NCBI GenBank assembly: GCA_963828165.1
Contig: CAWHDR010000001.1
Coordinates: 992,001 to 1,056,000 of the forward strand
DNA from: an uncultured Chloroflexia bacterium
GTDB lineage: Bacteria > Chloroflexota > Limnocylindria > Limnocylindrales > CSP1-4
DNA length: 64,000 nt
Direction: 5' to 3'
Part shown: positions 1 to 8,828 of the stretch, piece after piece
Layout of the letters: the number at the start of each line of letters is the position of its first letter
Position numbering within the stretch: position 1 is the stretch's first letter
Notes under the pieces: generated by a model
What the model was told of the DNA's origin: nothing
Databases searched by the model: none
What the model saw: only the letters and a program-made list of their open reading frames with translations
Translations under genes and position numbers: made by a program

Positions 1-365
1 CCGACTGCGCCGGCGATCTTCGCTTCGTCTTCCTCGGCTGCGCGCCGGCCGATCTCAGGGTTCCCTCCGGACCCGAGGCCACCGGTGATGGCCTCGCCGA
101 TGCGGATCTTCGTTTCGGCGCTCGATCGGCGCAGGGCCTGGGCATCGGTGTTGCAGACGACGAAGCTCGCTGCCCCGATCCGCGCGTCGACCATGCGATC
201 GACCGCGTTGCTCCCGCCGCCGCCGACACCGACGACCCGGATCGCGCGCGTCTCGGGCGTGCGCGCATGGCGAATCCAGCCGGGGATGGCGATCAGGAGG
301 CGGAGGGACAGCAAGGCGGCCAGGCCGATGATGACCACGGCCACGGCCTCGCCCGGGACAGGCAC
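1..365 (-). CDS. ftsZ: FtsZ-family GTPase, N-terminal part (runs off the window edge), with a hydrophobic N-terminal extension
   Basis: Manual translation from GTG365: [114 protein letters not shown]. The GVGGGGxNAV, NTDAQAL and GLGxGxNP motifs are FtsZ signatures. In-frame TAG at 375-377 lies upstream. Not in the ORF track. Confidence 0.9.
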   Translation of the reverse strand, partial: MPVPGEAVAVVIIGLAALLSLRLLIAIPGWIRHARTPETRAIRVVGVGGGGSNAVDRMVDARIGAASFVVCNTDAQALRRSSAETKIRIGEAITGGLGSGGNPEIGRRAAEEDEAKIAGAV

Positions 366-448
366 CGATCGATCCTAGGCGGGTTGCGGCAGCAACCCCC
401 ACGAAATCCGTACCGGTGAAGGGGGCCCCTTCGTCCCCCTCGTCTCGA

Positions 449-871
449 TCAGAGCAGCCGGTCAGCCGGCGCTTCGGCGGGATCGACGGCCGCTTCGCAT
501 GTCGGGCAGAACCAGCGCGCCTCGAGGGCCGTGCCGCACGTGAGGTGGCGCAGCGGTTCTGCGTCGCTCCCGCCGCGACTGCCCCAATCGGCGAGCAGGC
601 GCAGCGCCGAGGCGAGGTCGCGGCCGTCGGCCGTGAGGTCGTAGGCGAGTCGGGTCGGTCGCTCCTGGTAGGGAGTCGATCGGACGATCCCCGCACGTTC
701 CAGCCGGCGAAGTCGGTCGGTCAGGATGTTCGGCGCGATGCCGGAAAGGGTCTCAGTGAGCTCGCCGAAGCGACGTGGGCCGTCCAGCAGCGCCTCGACC
801 ATCAGCAGGCTCCAGCGGTCGCCGACGCGATCGAGCGCGGCCTCGAGCGGGAGCGGTCGACGGTCCGTCAT
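449..871 (-). CDS. HxlR-family winged-helix transcriptional regulator
   Basis: ALDRVGDRWSLL, GPRRFGEL, GIAPNILTDRLRRLE, YDLTADGRDL and a C-terminal HxxCG/CPTC. Start chosen at ATG871. Confidence 0.85.
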   Translation of the reverse strand: MTDRRPLPLEAALDRVGDRWSLLMVEALLDGPRRFGELTETLSGIAPNILTDRLRRLERAGIVRSTPYQERPTRLAYDLTADGRDLASALRLLADWGSRGGSDAEPLRHLTCGTALEARWFCPTCEAAVDPAEAPADRLL

Positions 872-922
872 GCGCATCGATGGTAATCGGAGCTGAGGGC
901 TTGTCATGCGGTCCTGTCAGTA

Positions 923-945
923 GTAACTTGCAAGTCACAAGTTAC
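923..945. promoter_or_regulatory. Inverted repeat, candidate HxlR operator
   Basis: GTAACTTG-caagtca-CAAGTTAC: perfect 8-bp arms with a 7-bp spacer, AT-rich, between the divergent hxlR and protease genes. Confidence 0.65.
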
Positions 946-979
946 ACCCACCTTCCACACGACAGGAGTCCCTCCGGAT

Positions 980-1897
980 ATGAGCGCTATCGAAGAGATC
1001 GGCGCGGCGGTCGCGACCGTCGCCGACGCCGCCGGTCCGTCCATCGTCACGATCGGCCGCAATGCCCGCGGGTCCGGCGTCGTCATCGCCGACGGCCAGG
1101 TCCTGACCAATGCCCACAACCTGCGCGGTGGCGAAGTCACCGTGACGTTCGCAGACGGTCGTTCCACCCGAGGGTCCGTTACCGGCGTGGATCCGGACGG
1201 CGACCTCGCGGTCGTGTCGGTCGACACGGCCGGCGCGCGCGCGATCGACTGGGGGGCCGGCGACGGTCTCGCGGTCGGAGCACCCGTGTTCGGGATCGCG
1301 GCGACGTTCGGTGGCGGCGTGCGCGTCACGTTCGGGCTCGTCTCCTCCGTGTCGCGCTCGTTCCGCGGCCCGGGTGGCCGGCGGATCGCCGGAAGCGTCG
1401 AGCACACGGCGCCGCTGGCGCCCGGCTCGTCCGGTGGCGCGATCGTCGATTCGGCCGGGAAGTTCCTCGGGCTCAACACGAACCGGATCGGCGAGGGCTT
1501 CTACCTCGCGCTGCCGGCCGACGGCGCGCTCCGGGCGCGGGTCGATGCCCTCGGGCGCGGCGAGTCCGCGAAGCGGCTGCGGCTCGGTGTCGCGATCGCG
1601 CCGTCACACGTGGCGCGCCGGCTGCGACGCTCGGTCGGCCTTCCGGAGCGCGAGGGGATCCTCGTCCGAGGCGTCGAGGAGGGCTCGCTTGCGGAGGCGG
1701 CCGGGATCGAGGGCGGCGACCTGATCGTGTCCGCCGGTGGCAAGCCGATCAAGGACGCGGACGACCTGTTCGATGCGCTCGGTGGGCTCGAGCCGCCGTT
1801 CGAAGTCGGTGTCGTGCGCGGAGCCGAAGAGCGGACCGTCAAGGTGGAGACGCCCGCGGCCGGGGACAAGTCGGAGCGAACGCCCGGGGACGCGTAA
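980..1897 (+). CDS. S1C (HtrA/DegP-like) serine protease with PDZ domain, no signal peptide
   Basis: Catalytic triad motifs TNAH, DLAV and PGSSGG; C-terminal PDZ-like region; RBS AGGAG upstream. Confidence 0.85.
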   Translation: MSAIEEIGAAVATVADAAGPSIVTIGRNARGSGVVIADGQVLTNAHNLRGGEVTVTFADGRSTRGSVTGVDPDGDLAVVSVDTAGARAIDWGAGDGLAVGAPVFGIAATFGGGVRVTFGLVSSVSRSFRGPGGRRIAGSVEHTAPLAPGSSGGAIVDSAGKFLGLNTNRIGEGFYLALPADGALRARVDALGRGESAKRLRLGVAIAPSHVARRLRRSVGLPEREGILVRGVEEGSLAEAAGIEGGDLIVSAGGKPIKDADDLFDALGGLEPPFEVGVVRGAEERTVKVETPAAGDKSERTPGDA

Positions 1898-1963
1898 GCA
1901 GCGGGCGCTGCACGGCCCTACCGGCCTACCGGCACGCTTGCCGCCTGAGGTAGCATCGCGCCC

Positions 1964-2728
1964 GTGGATCGGATCGTGGGCTGGTACCGCGTCGCTTCTT
2001 CTACCGGGGCCGTCGTCGCGCTGATCGTCGCGAACGCCATCCCGCTGATCGGCGCGATCTTCTTCGCCTGGAACGTGTGGATGATCCTGATCGTCTACTG
2101 GCTCGAGAACGGCGTCGTCGGCTTCTTCAACGTCCTCAAGATCCTGCGCGCCGAGGGCCCGGCGGACCCGACGAGCAGCTGGCGGATGAACGGCAAGCCG
2201 ATGGCCACCGTTGGCCGCGCGGGGATCGCGGGCTTCTTCGTGATCCACTACGGGATGTTCTGGTTCGTCCACGGGATCTTCGTGCTGACGCTGCCGCTGT
2301 TCGCGGGCATCCGAGACGGCTTCAGTGCGATCGGGCCTCTCACGCCGGCTGATGGTGAGTTCGTCGATGGGGTCTTCACGCCGTTCCCGACCACGGGCAC
2401 GGACATGACGAGCGGCTTCGAGCCTGGCGCGATCCTGCTGGCTGTCGTCGCCCTCGCGATCAGCCACGGCCTGTCGTACTGGTTCAACTACCTGGGCCGC
2501 GGTGAGTACCGGCGGACCTCGCCGGCCGGCCAGATGTTCGCGCCCTACGGCCGGCTGGTCGTCCTGCACATCACGATCATCGTCGGGGGCATGGCCATCG
2601 CCTTCACGGGTGCGCCCGCCGCGGCCCTCGCGATCCTGGTCGTGCTCAAGACGCTGATGGACATCGGGTTCCACCTGGCCGAGCATCGCAACCGGTCGGC
2701 GCCTCCTGGGACGGTCGCACCCGCCTGA
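1964..2728 (+). CDS. Membrane protein of unknown function (DUF6498-like)
   Basis: Several hydrophobic helices; YWLEN, FFxxHYGMF and PYGRLVVLH motifs. Confidence 0.7.
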   Translation: MDRIVGWYRVASSTGAVVALIVANAIPLIGAIFFAWNVWMILIVYWLENGVVGFFNVLKILRAEGPADPTSSWRMNGKPMATVGRAGIAGFFVIHYGMFWFVHGIFVLTLPLFAGIRDGFSAIGPLTPADGEFVDGVFTPFPTTGTDMTSGFEPGAILLAVVALAISHGLSYWFNYLGRGEYRRTSPAGQMFAPYGRLVVLHITIIVGGMAIAFTGAPAAALAILVVLKTLMDIGFHLAEHRNRSAPPGTVAPA

Positions 2729-2773
2729 GCCGCGTGCCGCAGGGCCGGCGCCCGGCTATGCCAGAGCTCGGGC

Positions 2774-3277
2774 TCAGCTGCCGGCGTTCGAGGGGTCGTC
2801 CAGGACGCCCTGGGTCTGGGCCGCGCGCCAGGCCACCAGCCGCGCGGCCAGTGCCTCGTCCGACAGCGCGAGGATCGCGGCCGCCAGCAGCCCAGCGTTC
2901 GTCGCGTTGCCGATGGCCACGGTCGCGACCGGGATCCCGCGCGGCATCTGGACGATCGAGAGCAACGAGTCCATCCCGCCCAGATGCTGGGTCGGGATCG
3001 GCACCCCGATCACCGGCAGGATCGTCTTCGCGGCGAGCATCCCGGGCAGATGGGCTGCCCCGCCGGCTCCCGCGACGATGACGCGGATCCCCCGACCGGC
3101 TGCCTCCTCCGCGTAGCGAAATAGCGCGTCGGGCGTGCGATGGGCCGACACGACGCGCAGCTCGGACCCGACCTCGAGCTCCATCAGGACCGCGCAGGCT
3201 CCCTCGAGGACCGGGAAGTCCGACCGGCTGCCGCCGACGACCCCGACCTGCGGCGGTCCTGCGACGTCCCAGCTCAC
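2774..3277 (-). CDS. purE: N5-CAIR mutase
   Basis: [36 protein letters not shown] start overlaps the purK stop (GTGA). Confidence 0.95.
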   Translation of the reverse strand: MSWDVAGPPQVGVVGGSRSDFPVLEGACAVLMELEVGSELRVVSAHRTPDALFRYAEEAAGRGIRVIVAGAGGAAHLPGMLAAKTILPVIGVPIPTQHLGGMDSLLSIVQMPRGIPVATVAIGNATNAGLLAAAILALSDEALAARLVAWRAAQTQGVLDDPSNAGS

Positions 3278-4473
3278 TGTTCGTCCTCCTTTGCGGCAGG
3301 AATCTCGTCGTCCGTCCAGCACACGTGTGCCGCCGCGGCCCGCGCCCGCTCCAGCGCGCGCTCGACCGACGAGCCGACCGCCGTCACGTGCCCCATCTTG
3401 CGACGTTCGAAGACGCGACGCTTGTCGTAGAGGTGGAGGTGGATGGCCGGATCGGCGAGGGCGTCACCGAACTCTCCGGCCTCCAGTCGCGCGGCGCGCG
3501 GCCGGCCCGTGCCGAGCAGGTTGACCATCGCCGTGGGGGCCAGGGCCGCCGTCGAACCGAGCGGGAGGCCGCAGATCGCGCGGATATGCTGTTCGAACTG
3601 CGATGTGGCGGCACCTTCGATCGTCCAGTGGCCGCTGTTGTGGACACGCGGAGCGAGCTCGTTGACCACGAGCTGGCCGTCCGGCATCAGGAACAGCTCG
3701 GCCGTGAGCGTCCCGGCCATGCCCATCGCGACGGCCAGCCGCTCCCCGAGGTCAGCGGCACGGTCGGCGACCTCGGCGGGGACCGGCGCGGGCGCCACGG
3801 ATTCCGCCAGGATCCCCGCGTCGTGGGTGTTCCGCGTCAGCGGGAACGCCGCCGATCGGCCGTCGACGCCGCGGGCCACGATGATCGACACCTCCACGTC
3901 GAAGGCCATCTCGGCCTCGGCCAGGAGCGCGTCGCCGGGCGGGCGCCCGAGCCGCTCGAGCGCCCCATCGAGGTCCGCGGCGGCGTTCACGCGGATCTGG
4001 CCCCGGCCGTCGTACCCCCCGGTCGTGGCCTTGACCCGCAGCGGCAACCCGAGTTCCTTGGCCGCCTGACGCAGGTCGTCCGTCGTCTGGATCTCGCGCC
4101 AGGGCGCGACCATTGCACCTGCCTCCTCGACGAAGCGCCGCTCGGCGATGCGATCCTGGGTCACGAGCAGCGGCAGCCGACCCGGTCGAACAGGCACCAC
4201 GCCGTCCAGGGCATCCACGACGGCGACCGCTACGTGCTCGAGCTCGTACGTCACGACGTCGCTCGATGCGGCCAAACGCAGAGCGCCGCCGACGTCGTCG
4301 TAGCCGGCCACGACCTGGCGGTCGGCGAGGGCGGCCGTGGGGCAGTCGGGGTCGGGATCCATGACGGCGATCCGGTAGCCCATCGACCGCGCGGCGAGGG
4401 CCAGCATCCGGCCCAGCTGGCCGCCCCCGAGGATGCCGATCGTCGCAGGCGGGGCGATCGATGGCAGGCTCAC
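3274..4473 (-). CDS. purK: N5-CAIR synthase (ATP-grasp)
   Basis: [40 protein letters not shown]. Confidence 0.95.
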   Translation of the reverse strand: MSLPSIAPPATIGILGGGQLGRMLALAARSMGYRIAVMDPDPDCPTAALADRQVVAGYDDVGGALRLAASSDVVTYELEHVAVAVVDALDGVVPVRPGRLPLLVTQDRIAERRFVEEAGAMVAPWREIQTTDDLRQAAKELGLPLRVKATTGGYDGRGQIRVNAAADLDGALERLGRPPGDALLAEAEMAFDVEVSIIVARGVDGRSAAFPLTRNTHDAGILAESVAPAPVPAEVADRAADLGERLAVAMGMAGTLTAELFLMPDGQLVVNELAPRVHNSGHWTIEGAATSQFEQHIRAICGLPLGSTAALAPTAMVNLLGTGRPRAARLEAGEFGDALADPAIHLHLYDKRRVFERRKMGHVTAVGSSVERALERARAAAAHVCWTDDEIPAAKEDEQ

Positions 4474-4496
4474 GACCCGAGTGTAGACTGCCGCCC

Positions 4497-5123
4497 ATGC
4501 GACAGGTCATCGGCCGGCGCGTCACGGACGTGGACGTCGGCTAACTCTCCAGTTTGATCGCCCGGTCGGACCGGGTGGTCGCCGATATCGGTACCGGTGA
4601 CGGCCGCGCGGTGCTCACCCGGGCACGCGCCGAGCCAGGCTCCCTGGTCCTTGGCGTGGACGCCGCCACGGCCGCGATGGCCGAGGCATCCAGGCGCGCG
4701 GCGCGTCGCGGCGCGGCGAACGCCATCTTCCTCGCCGTCGGCGCCGAGACGCTCGCCGACACGCCGCTCGCGGGCCGGGTGGATCTCGTCACCGTCATGT
4801 TCCCATGGGGTTCGCTGCTGCGTGGCGTGCTCGGCCTGGACTCGTGCGCCCTGGCAGGCATCGCGGCGCTGCCCGCCCCAGGCGGCCGGATCGAGATCCT
4901 CGCCTCCGTAATGCCGTCCGACCGCATCGAGGGCATCGCATCGCTCGAGGCGACGTGGGAGCCGGCGATCTGCCGCGCCTGGGCCGCGTCCGGCATCGAT
5001 CTCGTGTCGATGCGCCTCGCCAAGCCCGAGGAGATCGCGGCGTCCGGCTCGTCCTGGGCACGGCGACTCCGCGTCGCCGGGAACGCCCGGCCGGTCTGGC
5101 GCCTCGACCTGTGCCGGCGGTAG
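4497..5123 (+). pseudogene. KamB/NpmA-like 16S rRNA (adenine1408-N1) methyltransferase with in-frame TAA at codon 16
   Basis: MRQVIGRRVTDVDVG*LSSLIARSDRVVADIGTGDG...FPWGSLLRGVLG...SSWARRL matches the Kam family as I recall it (MRRVVGKRV.., DxGTGDG, PWGSLL, SWxRRL). TAA at 4542-4544. Confidence 0.7.
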
Positions 5124-5248
5124 TGCCGTTCTGCCAGGTGCGGTGCCATGGTCGCCGCGGGGTCCCGGTCACTCCCAGTGATCAACGCACAACGAACCTG
5201 CGCGGATCAGTGCCGAATCGCGCAGTAGTCCAGCCTACCTGCGCGGGA

Positions 5249-6070
5249 TCATCGCCCTTTTGTCACCACGAGTGACGTGGCGGCCTCGTGGTAGTTCCGG
5301 TAGGCAACCGTCGACCGACCGCCTCGGATCCGCGGGCGAACGAGCCATATCCGCCGCCGGCGGGCCGGGTCGATCAGAGCCAACGCCCTGCCCCCTGGCC
5401 AGGCCGATGCTGGATCGTCCAGTAGGGCCTGAGCAGCCGCGATGTCGACACCGAATGCTCGGTCGAACACGTCACGGTTCTGCGTCAGCGCAAGCTCGTT
5501 CTGCTCGCTGGCGAGAACGAGCAGCCACGTCACGATCCGGCGCGGGCGCCATCCTCGATTCGGGGCCACATGTCGAGCGACTCGCTCGTACCAGCCGACC
5601 TGACGTTCGAGGGCGCCGAGATCGTCGATCACGGTCTTGATCTCGATCACCAGGAGCGTCCCCGTCCGAGGGTCGAAGGCCAGGAGGTCGATCCAGCCCC
5701 GCCAGCGACCATCGACGATCGCAACCTCGCGCGCGGTACGCCAGCCCGCGCCACGCAGCCGGCGATCCACGTATCCAGAGCAGCGAGCGTGCACCGCGTC
5801 CCGTTGGCGGCGGTCGCCAACGATCACGGGTGCGCGCAGCGTGAGATCCAGTTCGAGCCCGAGGGCCCGAGCGAGCCGCACGATGACATCGAGTGAAGGA
5901 TTGGCTTGCCCTTGCTCGATTCCCGCGATGTACGACCGCGCGACGCCAACCCTCGCTGCGACCGCGGCTTGCGTGAGCCCGAGTGCTAGCCGCCCGTCGC
6001 GGCAGGCTCGGGCCAGCGTCACCCTGGGCGGTGGCCGATCCAACGCATTGACGTGCATTCGCTGAGTCAA
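5249..6070 (-). CDS. XRE-family HTH protein fused to a PD-(D/E)XK nuclease-like domain
   Basis: LTQAAVAARVGVARSYIAGIEQGQANPSL (Cro/C1 HTH), then E..GWIDLLAF..LLVIEIKT. Start uncertain. Confidence 0.75.
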   Translation of the reverse strand: MTQRMHVNALDRPPPRVTLARACRDGRLALGLTQAAVAARVGVARSYIAGIEQGQANPSLDVIVRLARALGLELDLTLRAPVIVGDRRQRDAVHARCSGYVDRRLRGAGWRTAREVAIVDGRWRGWIDLLAFDPRTGTLLVIEIKTVIDDLGALERQVGWYERVARHVAPNRGWRPRRIVTWLLVLASEQNELALTQNRDVFDRAFGVDIAAAQALLDDPASAWPGGRALALIDPARRRRIWLVRPRIRGGRSTVAYRNYHEAATSLVVTKGR

Positions 6071-6239
6071 CCATCGGCTGCTTGCCTGGCCCTTATCTCG
6101 CCTCTGTCACCAACAGAGACACGCCGCCCATGAAGGTGAGTGACTGAGGCGCGATCTAGCGGAATCTGAAGGCGTCCCCTGCATCTTCATTCGGGGACCG
6201 TCACCAACAGCGACCCTGCGCGGTTCAGGGAAGCAGCGC

Positions 6240-6303
6240 GAGCCGCCGAGCCGCCGATCCGCCGAGCCGCCGATCCGCCGAGCCGCCGAGCCGCCGAGCC
6301 GCC
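6240..6303 (+). repeat. Tandem octamer repeat, 8 x GA(G/T)CCGCC
   Basis: Read directly: six GAGCCGCC and two GATCCGCC units. Confidence 0.95.
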
Positions 6304-6322
6304 GAGCATGCACACTCCCCGC

Positions 6323-6835
6323 ATGGGCCACATCGTGCTGGTCGGGCTGATGGGGAGCGGCAAGACCACGGTCGGAGCCGCGCTGGCCGCCGCGCTCGGG
6401 CTGGCGCATCGCGACTCCGACATCGACATCGAGCGCGAGACCGGCATGACCGGCCGCGAGCACGCGGCGCGGGACGGCATCGACGCCCTCCACGCGCTCG
6501 AGGCCGGTCATCTGCTCGACGCGCTCGCGCAGCCCGGCACGAGCGTCATCAGCGCCGCGGCCAGCATCCTCGACGACCCGGACAGCCGGGTAGCGCTGCG
6601 CGACCCGAGCCATCTCGTCGTGTGGCTGGACGCGAGTCCCGCGGCCCTCGCGGCCCGGATGAAGCGGGGCGACCACCGGCCGGACCTCGGGTCGGACATG
6701 GCGGACGTCCTGGAACGCCAGGCGGTCGAGCGAACGCCGGCCCTGCGCGAGGTCGCCGACCTCACCCTCGACGCTACCAAGCCACCGGCGGAGCTCGTCG
6801 CCGCAATCCGAACACACGCCGACGCCGTCGGCTAG
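6323..6835 (+). CDS. Shikimate/gluconate-kinase-fold P-loop kinase
   Basis: VLVGLMGSGKTT, DSDxxIE, VVWLDA, RP lid. Lacks the GGG shikimate-binding motif. Confidence 0.75.
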   Translation: MGHIVLVGLMGSGKTTVGAALAAALGLAHRDSDIDIERETGMTGREHAARDGIDALHALEAGHLLDALAQPGTSVISAAASILDDPDSRVALRDPSHLVVWLDASPAALAARMKRGDHRPDLGSDMADVLERQAVERTPALREVADLTLDATKPPAELVAAIRTHADAVG

Positions 6836-6844
6836 CATCGCGGC

Positions 6845-7915
6845 GTGCCCACCCCCCTCCCGCTCATCCTGGACGTCGACACCGGCATCGACGACAGCCT
6901 CGCGCTGCTCTACGCCGCGGCCTCGCCCGACGCCGACCTCATCGCGGCGACGTGCGTGTCGGGCAACATCGACGCGGAGCAGGTCGGGATCAACACGCGG
7001 GCCGTGCTGGAGCTCGCCGGACGGACGGACGTCGAGGTGGCCATGGGTCGCCAGATCCCATTGGTCAGGCCGCTCGAGACGACACCCGAGACCCACGGCC
7101 CGCAGGGCCTGGGCCACGCGGAGCTTCCGCCGCCGAGCCAGCCGCTGAGCGACCGTCACGCCGTCGACCTCATCCTCGACGAGGCGCGGGGACGGCCCGG
7201 AGAGATCACGCTCGTGACGCTCGGTCCCCTCACGAACCTTGCGCTCGCGGTCCTGCGCGAACCGGCCCTGCCCAAGCTCCTCAAGGGCTACGCGCTGATG
7301 GGCGGGGCGTTCGGCACCTCTGGCAACACCACGCCGACGACCGAATGGAACATCCACTGCGACCCGGAGGCGGCGAAGATCGTGTTCCGTGCCTGGGCGG
7401 ATGCGATCGCCGGAGACCCATCCATCCCGCGGCCGCTGGCCCTCGGACTGGATGTCACCGAGCAGGCCCGCATCGAGCCCGAGCACATCGTTCGCCTCGC
7501 GCGCCGGGCCGGCAGCACGCCGGACGACTCGATCGCCCTCGAACGCGGCGACGATCCGATGGCGCCCCAACGTTCCGTGGCGTCGGACCCGATCGTCCGC
7601 TACGTTGCGGACGCGCTGCGCTTCTACTTCGAGTTCCACCAGCACTACGACGGGTTCTATGGCGCGTTCATCCACGATCCCCTGGCCGTGGCGGCCACCC
7701 TGGACCGCGCGCTGGTCGAGACCGACGCGCTCTACGTCGACGTCGAGACGCGCGGCGAGATCACGACCGGGATGACGGTCGTGGACCGTCGCGGCCTCAC
7801 CGGACGGGCGCCGAACCTGGATGTGGCACGGACCGCGGACGTGCCGACGTTCCTCGATCGGCTCATCGAACTTCTCGGAGGGCTGGCGGCGGACCGGGTG
7901 AACGTGGCACGCTAG
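6845..7915 (+). CDS. Nucleoside hydrolase (IU-NH family)
   Basis: DVDTGIDD, TLGPLTNLA, MGG, EWNIHCDPEAA, HDP motifs. Confidence 0.93.
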   Translation: MPTPLPLILDVDTGIDDSLALLYAAASPDADLIAATCVSGNIDAEQVGINTRAVLELAGRTDVEVAMGRQIPLVRPLETTPETHGPQGLGHAELPPPSQPLSDRHAVDLILDEARGRPGEITLVTLGPLTNLALAVLREPALPKLLKGYALMGGAFGTSGNTTPTTEWNIHCDPEAAKIVFRAWADAIAGDPSIPRPLALGLDVTEQARIEPEHIVRLARRAGSTPDDSIALERGDDPMAPQRSVASDPIVRYVADALRFYFEFHQHYDGFYGAFIHDPLAVAATLDRALVETDALYVDVETRGEITTGMTVVDRRGLTGRAPNLDVARTADVPTFLDRLIELLGGLAADRVNVAR

Positions 7916-7976
7916 GCGCGGAGGGATCGCGACCCACGGCGGGGTCGATACGTGAGGGAGTGGAGGCAAAGACACC

Positions 7977-8828
7977 ATGGGCTTCAGTTGGGGCCGATTC
8001 GATACGAGGACGATCGTCCTCATCCCCATCGCCATCGCCATCAACATCGTCCTGGGCCAGACCGTCGCGGCCGCACTCAAGATCCCGATCTATCTCGATT
8101 CGATCGGCACGATCCTCGTCGGCGTGCTGGCGGGCCCGATCCCGGGCCTGATCACCGGCCTCCTCGCCAACCTCATCTGGACCTACGTGCTGCCGGCGCC
8201 GCTCCAGTCGCCGTACGCGGCTCCGTTCGCGGTCGTGGCGGCGGAGATCGGCTTCGTCTCGGGGCTCTTCGGGCAGTTCGGCTTCTTCCGAAGCCGTCCC
8301 AATTCGAGCGGGCGTGAGCTGACCACCGCCGCGATCGTCGCGCTCGCGGTCGTCGGCGTCCTGGCGTTGTACACGGTCAGCCGGTTCTATACGGGCGCCT
8401 TCACGTTCTTCAACCCCGAAGGCGACCAGAGCGTGTTCTTCCAGGCCCTGGGCTGGCTGATCCTGGTCGGCATCGTCGCCACCATCGTCGGCTTTCTGGT
8501 GCTGTTGTTCGTGCGCCGCGACGCGGGCGTCGCCTACGTGGTCATCGCCGGTGTCGTGATGGGCATCATCTCCGCGCTGATCTCGGCGCCCATCTCGGCG
8601 ATCGTGTTCGGCGGTGTGACCGGATCGGGCACGGATCTCCTGGTCGCCGCCTTCCAGCAGGCCGGCTCCGATCTCCAGACGGCGGTCCTGCAGCAGGGCC
8701 TCCTATCCGACCCGATCGACAAGGTGATTACGTCGTTCATCGTCTTCGCGATCCTCCAATCGCTGAGCCGCCGGTTCATCGCACGCTTCCCGCAGGGCGA
8801 AAAGGCCGTCGGTCTGGAAGAGCTATAG
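7977..8828 (+). CDS. ECF transporter S (substrate) component
   Basis: IAINIV, PIYLDSIGT, AGP, DPIDK motifs; hydrophobic; upstream of the T and A components. Confidence 0.8.
   Translation: MGFSWGRFDTRTIVLIPIAIAINIVLGQTVAAALKIPIYLDSIGTILVGVLAGPIPGLITGLLANLIWTYVLPAPLQSPYAAPFAVVAAEIGFVSGLFGQFGFFRSRPNSSGRELTTAAIVALAVVGVLALYTVSRFYTGAFTFFNPEGDQSVFFQALGWLILVGIVATIVGFLVLLFVRRDAGVAYVVIAGVVMGIISALISAPISAIVFGGVTGSGTDLLVAAFQQAGSDLQTAVLQQGLLSDPIDKVITSFIVFAILQSLSRRFIARFPQGEKAVGLEEL

Noticed and set aside
6240-6303. CRISPR array
   Set aside because: The 8-bp units are contiguous with no spacers, and no cas genes are present.
6323-6835. Assignment as aroK
   Set aside because: The shikimate-binding motifs are substituted and no aro genes are adjacent.
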